A stretch of 21,749 bases of DNA from an uncultured Bacilli bacterium (GTDB lineage Bacteria > Bacillota_I > Bacilli_A > RFN20 > CAG-826). Position numbers and translations under genes: made by a program. Below are positions 1 through 8,100 of this stretch, piece after piece. The notes below the pieces were generated by a model. The model saw nothing but the letters and a program-made list of their open reading frames with translations, had not been told where the DNA came from and ran no database searches. The stretch covers positions 1-21,749 of the forward strand of contig CAJOQN010000003.1 in NCBI GenBank assembly GCA_905236535.1, in the 5' to 3' direction. The stretch's first letter is position 1. The number at the start of each line of letters is the position of its first letter.

Positions 1-76
1 TAGCAGGAATCGAACCTGTACGGGTTGCCCCACTAGATCCTAAGTCTAGCGCGTCTGCCAGTTCCGCCATAGGTGC
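1..76 (-). tRNA. tRNA-Leu (anticodon UAG), type II tRNA with long variable arm. The 3' acceptor strand, discriminator and CCA are cut off by the window edge.
   Basis: The reverse complement reads GCACCTA-TG-GCGG-AACTGGCAGA-CGCG-C-TAGAC-TTAGGAT-CTAG-(long variable arm TGGGGCAACCCGTAC)-AGGTTCGATTCCTGC-TA. It matches the canonical Leu tRNA framework (GGCGGAAxUGGCAGACGCGC) and has the T-loop GGTTCGATTCC. Confidence 0.8.
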
Positions 77-79
77 AGC

Positions 80-130
80 GTATCTATCATATAGAATTAG
101 ATGATAAAAAATCAATTATAATTTTGACAA
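80..130 (-). promoter_or_regulatory. Candidate sigma-A promoter for tRNA-Leu (TTGTCA -35-like, TATGAT -10-like, read on the minus strand).
   Basis: RC of 77-130 = ttgtcaaaattataattgattttttatcatctaattctatatgatagatacgct, immediately upstream of the tRNA 5' end. Spacing is imperfect. Confidence 0.25.
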
Positions 131-139
131 CATTTTTGA

Positions 140-772
140 TTAAATATTTTTATACATGATGACTAATATCTCTTTGCAGACATCTCTTGATTTATCAGAG
201 ATATTTTCGAAATAACCATAGATTCTTTCATTCATTCTCTTTTCATCATAAGAGATATCTTCATTCATATATAAGTCACGGACTTTCTCTTCATAGAGTT
301 TATCCACTTCTTCTTCAATCTTGATGACATAATTGATAAGAGGATCCATAATCTTCTTTTCATGGATGTGATTGAAGTTCTTTAAAACTTCATTTAATCC
401 ATCGATAGAAGCGATACATTTAAAGATAAATGGTCCAATATCCTCCGGTAAACTTTTATAGTTACGAATATAGATTTTATAGGAAATTTCATCTATCGCA
501 TCGATTAAATCGTCAAGCTTATCTAAAAGGACGAAAATATCCTCTCTATCAATTGGAGTGACAAACTCTTTAGCGAGATCCTCTTCGAGTTTTCTTTTAA
601 TCTTGTCCGCTTCATGTTCGATTAAATGAACATCGTTTTTAAGTTTTAAGGGATCTTCGTTTTCGAATTCTCTTAAACCATTGGCGAGGGCTTCCATACA
701 TTTTCTCGCCATTTCACCAAGTTCAATAAATCCATCAAAGAAGACTTGTGATTTCTTTTTAAATAACGCCAT
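140..772 (-). CDS. DUF47 (PhoU-like, YkaA/TIGR00153 family) phosphate-transport accessory protein. Start moved from the ORF-track Met to the internal Met (MALFKKKSQVFFDGF...).
   Basis: The N-terminus MALFKKK..FF..F is typical of DUF47 partners of PiT transporters. A perfect SD (AGGAGG) sits 9 nt upstream of the ATG at 772, and this SD overlaps the stop codon of the upstream PiT gene. Confidence 0.85.
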   Translation of the reverse strand: MALFKKKSQVFFDGFIELGEMARKCMEALANGLREFENEDPLKLKNDVHLIEHEADKIKRKLEEDLAKEFVTPIDREDIFVLLDKLDDLIDAIDEISYKIYIRNYKSLPEDIGPFIFKCIASIDGLNEVLKNFNHIHEKKIMDPLINYVIKIEEEVDKLYEEKVRDLYMNEDISYDEKRMNERIYGYFENISDKSRDVCKEILVIMYKNI

Positions 773-785
773 AAAATAAATCCTC

Positions 786-1871
786 CTATTTAAATATCGC
801 GACAATTATTAAGGTTAGAACATAGGCTATCAAGCCACAGCAAGGGAATGAGAAGACGATTGATAATAAGTTTTCATAGACAATATGCCAATTGATATGT
901 TTAAGACCTTTGGTCATCCCTGCTCCAACGATGGAGAAGGTCTTGATTTGTCCGGTGGACAATGGAATACCAACATAGGTCGAGAACATAACTCCGAAAG
1001 TCGTTCCAATATCAGTGGCAAATCCTTGATAATCATCAAGTTTAAAGATTCCCATTCCAATCTTTTTAATAATTTTATATCCGGAACAAATTGTGCCAAT
1101 AAATAACATAATTGCTGAGAATCCTAATAAGAAATACATGCTGCTAGAAGAGGTAATATCATTTTCGAGATAACCCTTTTCTTGTCCAGCAAAGACAAAG
1201 AATAATATTAAGACTCCTAAGAACTTTAAGCCATCTTGAGCCCCGTGGGCTAAAGATGAGCCACACATCGTCACGATTTGGCCATATTTGAAAAAGCCCT
1301 TGGTCTTAACCTTATGCATTTTAATGCATATAAGTTCGATTAATTTAGAGATTGAGAAACCTAATAATACCCCACCTGGGACTGCGATTAAGATACCATA
1401 GAAAGTATAAGCGATAGATGAATCCCAACTTAAGACAATGCTCACGGATGGAACTTGCAAAGTCATACACGCTAAACCACTACCAATAAGCCCCGCGATT
1501 AAACAGTGAGATTGAGAAGATGGAATCCCAAAGTGAGAGGAGAAAAAGCCCCAAGCAATAACCGCGACTAAAGCCGCACATAAGGAATATAAAGCGGCCA
1601 TATTATTTGCATCACCAAAATTAACAATATTGGAGACAGAGTCGATGGTCGCTTTAGAGACAAAGAACATTGAAACGATACCAACGAGATTTAAGATTGC
1701 GCATAAGACTATCGCTAAACGAGGTCTAATCGCTTTGGTGGATACCGCGGTGCTAATTGAGTTTGCACTATCACTATATCCATTTACAAAGATCGAGAAT
1801 CCGACAAGGATTACTCCCAAGAATAAAATTGGATAATCAATGAATAAATGGAAGAATTCACCTATTGGCAT
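786..1871 (-). CDS. Inorganic phosphate transporter, PiT (PHO4) family, multi-pass membrane protein.
   Basis: Highly hydrophobic 361-aa protein with the N-terminal PiT signature F-x-NG-x-x-D-x-AN-S-I-x-T-x-VST (FVNGYSDSANSISTAVSTKAI). It is paired with the DUF47 gene. There is no SD; a TATAAT lies about 16 nt upstream of the ATG, so the leader is short. Confidence 0.85.
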   Translation of the reverse strand: MPIGEFFHLFIDYPILFLGVILVGFSIFVNGYSDSANSISTAVSTKAIRPRLAIVLCAILNLVGIVSMFFVSKATIDSVSNIVNFGDANNMAALYSLCAALVAVIAWGFFSSHFGIPSSQSHCLIAGLIGSGLACMTLQVPSVSIVLSWDSSIAYTFYGILIAVPGGVLLGFSISKLIELICIKMHKVKTKGFFKYGQIVTMCGSSLAHGAQDGLKFLGVLILFFVFAGQEKGYLENDITSSSSMYFLLGFSAIMLFIGTICSGYKIIKKIGMGIFKLDDYQGFATDIGTTFGVMFSTYVGIPLSTGQIKTFSIVGAGMTKGLKHINWHIVYENLLSIVFSFPCCGLIAYVLTLIIVAIFK

Positions 1872-1960
1872 ACAATAATATTATATTATATATACTTTAA
1901 AAAATTGAAAACAGTTCCGTACTTGGCTAACCCTTTGAGAAGAGTGTCCTTGCGAAATCT

Positions 1961-1990
1961 AAAAAATCCCTCGGCAATTATCGAGGGTTT
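1961..1990 (-). terminator. Rho-independent terminator for brnA (usable in both directions).
   Basis: ccctcg-gcaattat-cgaggg stem (1968-1973 / 1982-1987), flanked by A6 on one side and TTTT on the other. Confidence 0.6.
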
Positions 1991-1998
1991 TGCTTATT

Positions 1999-2205
1999 TT
2001 AGAAAGTAATGTCAATTGTGCGTTTGTTTTTTACACAATCAATTAAATATAAGTTAATCAAGTTTTGATAAGGAATACCAGTTGCTTCCGACATTTCTTT
2101 AAAATAATCCAAAACAGTCTCACTTATATTAATAGTGATTTGTTTTTTTAATTGTTTGGCATATGGATTCTTTTTAGCGTTTGAGAAATCGTATTCTTTT
2201 TTCAT
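1999..2205 (-). CDS. brnA: BrnA-family type II antitoxin (68 aa, starting at the internal ATG of the 84-aa ORF-track entry).
   Basis: MKKEYDFSNAKKNPYAKQLKKQITINISETVLDYFKEMSEATGIPYQNLINLYLIDC matches the remembered BrnA motif (DFS.A..NPYA..LKK.vTirld.d..dYFk..a...gipYQtLIN.yLr). The ORF-track N-terminal extension begins with TTG and overlaps the brnT frame. Confidence 0.7.
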   Translation of the reverse strand: MKKEYDFSNAKKNPYAKQLKKQITINISETVLDYFKEMSEATGIPYQNLINLYLIDCVKNKRTIDITF

Positions 2206-2206
2206 A

Positions 2207-2362
2207 TTAATAAATAAACCTTTCTTCACTATCACTATGGCCTTTGTCTTCAATTAATAAAGCGTTATCATCATAAAAAACTGAAACAGCTTCTTCAAAG
2301 GACACATTGTGTTTTTGGATGTTTATTTTGTTTTTCTTTTCATCCCATTCAAATCGTAACAT
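2207..2362 (-). pseudogene. brnT: Truncated BrnT (DUF497, RelE-fold ribonuclease toxin). Only the N-terminal 51 codons remain and the C-terminal half is missing.
   Basis: MLRFEWDEKKNKINIQKHNVSFEEAVSVFYDDNALLIEDKGHSDSEERFIY-stop. It matches the BrnT N-terminus (FEWDE.KN..N..KHGVSFEEA..VF.D......D..HS..EERF) but stops where the family continues with the ...IRIISARKAT... beta strands. The stop is 1 nt from the brnA ATG. There is no SD upstream. Confidence 0.55.
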
Positions 2363-2735
2363 AATTTTTACATAATTACATCATAATTATCAATGATGTT
2401 TATTTCCTTTCTTTAAAATATGTTTTTAGTGTTGATGATTAGTTATCTTTTAATTTTTTTTAGAATATGGGTTCTTTTTTATAAAAACCTCCTTTCTTTG
2501 AACGTTTGGTGTTCTCAAAAGGAGATATAAAAAGCCATCCACTTCTTTCCATAATGAAAACACCAGATGTAATTGACAATTGATATCCCTATCAATCTCA
2601 ACTACTGGTGTTACATCACTACTTCAGTTGGATGGCCACATGCTCAGATTAATATCCGTGTGGAGCGTGAGGATCTTCTTGAATATAAGAACGTCTTCTT
2701 TATACCTTCATATCACTCTAGGCGATACTTTCCAC

Positions 2736-2766
2736 ATTGCTATGTTCTAACACACAACATAGCAAT
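2736..2766. repeat. Perfect 11-bp inverted repeat (ATTGCTATGTT ... AACATAGCAAT) with a 9-nt loop, forming a stable hairpin in apparently non-coding DNA.
   Basis: Read directly from the sequence. No T-run follows on either strand, so it is not a classical terminator. Confidence 0.5.
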
Positions 2767-2910
2767 TAATTATAAGGGTGCCCTTATTCCGTTTTAGCCA
2801 AATTTACACCTACTCCCGCAGTATTTCATGCTTCGGTCTTTTGACGCGTTTTAAGTCTGCTTATAGTTGATTTTCTTATTATATAATATTTCTTTATTAT
2901 AATAAAGAAA

Positions 2911-2934
2911 AAAGAGAGATATTTTACTCTCTTT
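2911..2934 (-). terminator. Hairpin aaagagag-atatttta-ctctcttt followed (on the minus strand) by a T-run. It ends the GNAT pseudogene transcript, and the stop codon lies in the loop.
   Basis: 8-bp stem. The adjacent perfect 22-bp palindrome tttctttattataataaagaaa at 2890-2911 supplies the downstream T-rich segment. Confidence 0.45.
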
Positions 2935-3250
2935 CAATCATATAATAGATAACTTCATGGTCTATATCGTGATAATGAATAATGTCTCTTTTATCCATTA
3001 TAGTCATCCCACATTTTATCATCGCTCGTCCACTTGAATGATTCTCTTTAAAGTGAGCACATATCGCTCTTTTAAAGCCAAGATTAAATAATTCTATAAT
3101 CATCGCTATAACTTCAGTAATGTGACCTTAATCATGATGCTCATTGGAGGGTATTATTTGCTTTAAGCGATCTCATCTCCAACAGTGCCACTTATTATCT
3201 CACTCAATTTTTAATCGCCTTTTCGTTCTTCTGTATTGCTTAAATAAATA
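2924..3250 (-). pseudogene. Fragmented RimJ/RimL-type GNAT N-acetyltransferase. The C-terminal 67 codons (2924..3127) are intact; the upstream part carries an in-frame TAA (3128..3130) and a frameshift.
   Basis: Minus-strand translation reads ...HHD*GHITEVIAMIIELFNLGFKRAICAHFKENHSSGRAMIKCGMTIMDKRDIIHYHDIDHEVIYYMIERE*. GHITEVIAMI / ICAHFKENHSSGRAMIKCGM matches the GNAT motifs KGYATEA...L.RIEA.V...N.AS.RVMEK.GF. The TAA sits where the conserved Lys of w-g-K-G-y-aTEA belongs. Further upstream the frames break (EIISGTVGDEIA* in another frame). Confidence 0.5.
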
Positions 3251-3258
3251 TTGGATAG

Positions 3259-3284
3259 AAAAAAGGGAATCATAAAAGATTCCC
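3259..3284 (-). terminator. Rho-independent terminator for the esterase lipoprotein gene.
   Basis: gggaatc-ataaaa-gattccc stem (3265-3271 / 3278-3284) followed on the minus strand by U6 (the A-run at 3259-3264). Confidence 0.65.
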
Positions 3285-3308
3285 TGTTTTATTAATAGTG
3301 ACTATTAA

Positions 3309-4868
3309 TTATTTTTTAGATTCAAACCAATCAAAGAGATTGACGGCTTCTCCATCAACGATAACATCTTTATCGGATGGGGCTTTGATTTGTTCTGAAT
3401 TAGCTTGATCTTTGTCGACCATATCTCTAAAAATATAAATCCAAGAGAAGTGACCCATATAGTTGTTACCATTTGGGTTACAATCTGTTCCTCTAACATC
3501 AGTGAAATAAGCGAGGTGAACATCCTCCGCTCCCGCTCTCATAAGTCTTTGATATGTTGGAATAACATAGTTATTTGGTGGAACAGTGGTGTCGTTAGCG
3601 GCATGAATGAACCAAATTGATAAATCTTTTAATTGTTGAATTTGTGTATCACTAATTAAATCATTAGCGTAAGCTTCACATGTTGGATAATAGGCTCTAA
3701 AGAAGTCACCATAATTGATGGCCATTTCCATCGTCATATAACCACCATTGGAGCATCCACCGAGATAAACACGGTTGGCATCAATATCTAAGTTGTGTTC
3801 AATGAAATGATCAATCGTGTCTTTTAAGATTTTACGATAGATGGAATTTCCACCACCACTTTGACCAGAACCGTTATCCATCCACATTGTTGGAGTTTGA
3901 ACTGCCAAGACATAAGCGCCGTGTGGAAAGTGAGATTGAATTTGTTTTTCACCTAAAGCGGTGACATCGTTACCTAATAAGGCGATATCTGGATCAGTTC
4001 CACCTTCACCCATCCCATGTAACCAAATGATAAGAGGGTTCTTTACGCCATCTTCTCTTAAAGCATCAATTTCATAAGCTTTATAGGTAAGGGTTTGATT
4101 ATTGGAAGAATAAGAATGGGCTGGTCCCCAGTCTCTCGTAGAGAGAGTGGTTCTCGCACGTAAAGTATCAAATACTTTACCACTGGCATAATCGCCCATA
4201 GCACTTGAAAGAGTGGCATCGACGGTGATGTTTTGGGTCCAAGAGTTCATATTGTTCATATAGGTGAAGCATCCTTGTCCAGCAGCAACACCCCAACCAC
4301 TGTAGGTAGTTTGGAAGTCTAAACGGATATACTTACTTTCAGTGGCATTGATAACTTGTCCTTCAATATCACAAAGCGATTTTCCAATAATAGTACGATT
4401 GGTTTTGTTAGTTCTAGCTGTAAAGTTTGCGGCTTCAAGTTCACTAGCGGAAATTGGTTCTGTTAAAGAGATCTTTGCTCCGACAATAGCGGGGCCGAAT
4501 TCAAAGCCTTCAACAAGATAGTCAATCGAATCATCAACATCGACGAAAACTTTAAATATTTTGTCAAAGTAGCCTTCTTTGCTAACAGTAACATAAGCAT
4601 TACCTGGGCCTTCAAGGTAGACAGAACCATCATTTTCAACAGAGACAACACTTTCGTCACTAGAGGTATAGGTAACACCTTCTAATGAACATGAGATTTT
4701 TGCAGAATCCTCATCAGCACGATTTAAGATTTGGCGATTAATGGTCGCAGGAATGATTTTAGAGTCTTGCTTTTCACTATTATCACCACTTTTGTTTGAA
4801 TTACAGGCGGTAACGCCCATAATTAAAATAAGGGATGCAAAACCAACAAAAAATTTTGTATTTGCCAT
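3309..4868 (-). CDS. Lipoprotein with a Big_2-like Ig domain and a C-terminal alpha/beta-hydrolase (esterase/depolymerase-type) domain. Start set at ATG 4868 (MANTKFF...); the track start at 4880 is TTG.
   Basis: Signal peptide plus lipobox LILIMGVTAC. A Big_2-like stretch (VTYTSSDESVVSVENDGSVYLEGPGNAYVTVSKEG). An esterase core with the oxyanion region IIWLHGMGEGG and the nucleophile elbow GGCSNGG (G-x-S-x-G). Confidence 0.8.
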   Translation of the reverse strand: MANTKFFVGFASLILIMGVTACNSNKSGDNSEKQDSKIIPATINRQILNRADEDSAKISCSLEGVTYTSSDESVVSVENDGSVYLEGPGNAYVTVSKEGYFDKIFKVFVDVDDSIDYLVEGFEFGPAIVGAKISLTEPISASELEAANFTARTNKTNRTIIGKSLCDIEGQVINATESKYIRLDFQTTYSGWGVAAGQGCFTYMNNMNSWTQNITVDATLSSAMGDYASGKVFDTLRARTTLSTRDWGPAHSYSSNNQTLTYKAYEIDALREDGVKNPLIIWLHGMGEGGTDPDIALLGNDVTALGEKQIQSHFPHGAYVLAVQTPTMWMDNGSGQSGGGNSIYRKILKDTIDHFIEHNLDIDANRVYLGGCSNGGYMTMEMAINYGDFFRAYYPTCEAYANDLISDTQIQQLKDLSIWFIHAANDTTVPPNNYVIPTYQRLMRAGAEDVHLAYFTDVRGTDCNPNGNNYMGHFSWIYIFRDMVDKDQANSEQIKAPSDKDVIVDGEAVNLFDWFESKK

Positions 4869-4954
4869 ATTTTTAAACAAGATGGGAACCTGAAGACCAA
4901 ATCCCCATTTACCTTTCTAAAAAAATTATAACTTAATTAGTATAAGGAATAAAT

Positions 4955-4985
4955 GATTATAGTCAGTTTTTGACTAATAAAATGT
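4955..4985 (-). promoter_or_regulatory. Candidate promoter for the esterase lipoprotein gene (TGACTATAAT, near-extended -10 on the minus strand).
   Basis: RC of 4955-4980 = ttattagtcaaaaactgactataatc, with TATAAT at 4956-4961 (minus). It lies about 85 nt upstream of the ATG. Confidence 0.35.
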
Positions 4986-5025
4986 TTTGTTGTTATCGAA
5001 ACAATCATATAGAAATAGGATTGAG

Positions 5026-5118
5026 ATGCAAGCAGTCGACGTTTGGTCCTTGAGCGGTCATCGTCATAATCAAGATATTCGCACCAACATTGAGATGGAC
5101 GGTGCCAAGATTAACTAA
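5026..5118 (+). CDS. Possible small ORF (30 aa, MQAVDVWSLSGHRHNQDIRTNIEMDGAKIN) inside a GC-rich intergenic island. Speculative.
   Basis: AGGA lies 5 nt upstream of the ATG, and the bidirectional terminator at 5127-5152 follows the stop directly. The composition is gene-like, unlike the flanking AT-rich spacers. Nothing in the sequence resembles a known family. Confidence 0.2.
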   Translation: MQAVDVWSLSGHRHNQDIRTNIEMDGAKIN

Positions 5119-5126
5119 TGAAAAAG

Positions 5127-5152
5127 GATCAGCGAATCGCTGACCCTCTTTT
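5127..5152 (-). terminator. Rho-independent terminator for the GH3 gene (bidirectional).
   Basis: ggatcagcg-aat-cgctgaccc stem, 8 bp with one G-U pair, followed by cttttt on the minus strand and tcttttatt on the plus strand. Confidence 0.6.
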
Positions 5153-5169
5153 ATTGGTTTAATTTAAAC

Positions 5170-8100
5170 CTAGGCTGGTTTTGTAAGTCCGACTGCTTGA
5201 TAATCGGCTTCATCCCAAACGTTATTGGAATGTGCGCAAGCATAGAGGATGTTCTTAGCCGCTCTTCTTAAGAGGATTAAAGTATCATGTTGAGTTTGGT
5301 TATAAGCATGTTGAGCATCGCAAGATGGGTTTTTGTTTAACCAGAGGTCATTACCCGCTCTAATACCAATGTTGACCGCCATATATGGAGAGGAGACATA
5401 GTCGGTAATGACTACACCATGGAATCCCCATTCAGTTCTTAAGAGGTCGGTTAATAAAGCTTTGGAAGCACCTGCCCACCAGGAACCAACACAGTTGAAG
5501 GAAGACATAATGCCGATACCGCCTAAGTCAACATAGATTTCGAAGCCACGAGCATAGATTTCTCTTAAAGCTTGTTCGCTACACCAGGTGAAGACACCTG
5601 CACGGTTTGCTTCTTGTTCATTGAGAAGGAAGTGTTTTGCATAGGTGTAAACACCATATTTCATACTACCTTGAGCAGTATGACCCGCCATTTGACCGGC
5701 GATGAGTGGATCTTCAGAATAATATTCGAAGTTACGACCACCACATGGGTTACGGTGAGTATTGATACCAGGAGCATACCATCCAGTTAAACCACGGGAT
5801 GCGCCTTCCCTACCAATGGATTCACCCATAAGGGTGGCAACGTTAACGTTCCAAGAGCAAGCCACGATAACTTCACTTGGGTGACCAGTTCCGGAGTGGT
5901 AAGCACTACTTGGACCATCATAGTCAGAGGCTTGAGCTTTACCGATTGAGCTGATAGAAGTAGTTCTAAAGGAGCCTTGGTCAACAATATTGAATAATTC
6001 TTGACGTGATAATTGATCTAATAAATCATCCCAACCTTCATCATCCCAATCAGCATCTTTGAAATCTCTAAGGGTTAAGCCATTATTGGCACCCATAGTT
6101 GGGGTGTCGCCTTCGATTTGATTATCACTAAAGTTGAAGTTTTGACCACCTTGTTGGTTAGAAGTTCCGCCTGGGAATTTGTCCGAAGTAGCGGTTCTAT
6201 TGATTTGGTTAGTGTTTTGCCATGTGCCAGCGAAATCGCTACGGGAAAGATATTTAATCTTTTCAGCATTATTGGCACCCCATTCCACATCTTGGAAGAG
6301 GTTTTGGTATTCTGCGCCAGTTTGATAAGATCTTGTGAATTCGATATCTTGAGCAATGTTGAAGGTTCTAGCATTTTGTCTATTGGTGGATGTTTGAGCA
6401 ATGTTCCAGACATCTTCTCTTAGAGAAACTTCATAATCACCATGTTCAAGGAGATAGAAGCCATCAGCAGTGGACCAGCTAGCCATTTCACGGAAGGTGA
6501 ATTCAATTTTATAATTTTTGGATTCGTTTGGTTGTAAAACGTTGGTCTTAGTAAATCCGATTAATGTGAACCAAGATTTTTCAATCCCATAATCTTCATA
6601 ATATGGAGCATGGAAATAAATTTCCACGACATCTTTACCAGCAACATTACCGGTATTTTTGACTTCAACACCAACTTCGACTTTTTGGTTGGTCTTATCG
6701 ACTTTGAATTCAACGATGGATTTATCAAATGTTGTGTAAGATAAACCATAACCGAATGACCATCTGACTTCATCATCATAGTCGAAATCATCATCGACCA
6801 TGCCTCTAGTGACATAGTATCTATATCCAACATAAATGTTTTCGATATATTCAACGAATCGACCAGTGGAAGCGCCAGTATGGGTTAAGGTTGTGGCATT
6901 ACCAAAGTTTTGGTAAGATGGTGCGCTTGTCATTGAGCGTGGCCAGGTGTCAACTAAGTGACCGCTTGGGTTGATTTTGCCGTTTAAGACTTGAGCAACC
7001 GCGGTAGTACCAGTAAGACCTGGGTGGCCAATGAAGACAGCCGCGTCAATCCCATCGTCATCAACAAATTCTGCTTCGCAGACTGTTGGGACGTTGAATA
7101 AGATAATCACTTTTTCGAAATTATCTTCGAGCATTTGAATGATTTGTTTTTCGGTATCGGTAAGCATCAAGGTTGCACCGAGAGTGCCACCACCACTGAC
7201 ATTCATATCACCGTCTTCTGAACCACGACGTGTGATAACGTATAAAGCAGTATCAGAATAATCGGTAGAATAATCTAATAAAGATTTATCACCAAGTTCG
7301 GAATAAGTTTTGGTGTAAGCTGCGATAGGAGCTTCAAAGTTAACAGGCTCTTTGGTTGGAACAACTTCAGAGTAATTATAGGTGTTGACACCACATTGAA
7401 TGTCGTAGTCTCTGTCTGCCACAGAATAGTTAGAATTTCTATTTGTAGCATAGTAGTTTTTGATCATGTTGAAGAGGTATTGGTTGATTTCGAAACCTTC
7501 TTCACCAAGAGCAACTTCGAGTTTTTTCGCGACACGTGGGAAGGCGCTATAACGTCCATCAGTTTGGAAGGAACCAGAACCACCATTACCATAGAGAAGT
7601 CCGAAAGCTGCGGAACCGAAAACATTAATTTTCTTTCCTTCTTCAGTAGAGACATCTAATGGAAGGGCATTGTTCTTATTCTTTAAAAGAACGATACCTT
7701 CTCCTTCAATAGTTACAACATTTTCATCAGCGAGAGCCGCAGCCTCCATTGCCTCTTCCGTGTCATATGTTTTGGTTTTGGAACCGCTGATAGTGGTCAT
7801 AAGAATATCCCATGTTGTGTATAGGATTGGGGTCGCTAACATTGTGATAACGAGGACAGAACTGACCACCGGAATAAACCAAGGTTTCATACGATGCCAA
7901 GTAATGACGCTCTTGAGAGGTCCTTTGGCCGCTTTAGCTTGTTCTTTCTTTGCTTTTCTGTCAGATTTGCGGTAGTTGGCGAATGCTTCTTTATCTTCTG
8001 CCGTGAACTTGAATCTTCCGAAGGCCCACGCCATAAGGAAGTACATCGTTCCAATGAGGAGGACAGCGATACCAATAATGATAAGGTCAATCCACCACGC

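Noticed and set aside
885-1106. Plus-strand ORFs of 61-150 aa from the six-frame track (885..1106, 1630..1836, 2573..2797, 3405..3620, 5572..5790, 6118..6423, 7396..7659, 7670..7975, 7894..8163, 8951..9217, 9606..10004, 10356..10553, 11620..11880, 12065..12313, 13003..13197, 13932..14381, 14652..14882, 17126..17452, 19825..20022, 20081..20302, 20905..21093, 21559..21744) and the small minus-strand nested ORFs.
   Set aside because: All lie inside or antisense to long minus-strand genes with clear family motifs. They lack SDs, have low-complexity or odd composition, and (13932..14381) simply mirror the zinc-ribbon tandem repeat. 21559..21744 runs through the tRNA-Ala gene. They are shadow ORFs.
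2207-2253. N-terminal 16 residues (MKTKAIVIVKKGLFIN) of the 84-aa ORF-track entry as part of the antitoxin.
   Set aside because: That codon is TTG, the segment overlaps the brnT reading frame, and BrnA homologs begin at the internal MKKEYDFS.
4869-4880. TTG start (track Met) for the esterase lipoprotein at 4880, and likewise 17493 for the REC-EAL gene.
   Set aside because: Both are TTG with no usable SD spacing. In-frame ATGs 4-8 codons downstream give normal N-termini, and 17491-17493 is part of a TGnTATAAT promoter element.
4881-5126. A possible riboswitch or leader RNA for the esterase lipoprotein gene.
   Set aside because: No match to any riboswitch consensus I can recall (TPP, SAM, FMN, purine, glycine, fluoride, c-di-GMP, T-box). 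The GC-rich part lies upstream of the best promoter candidate rather than in the leader.
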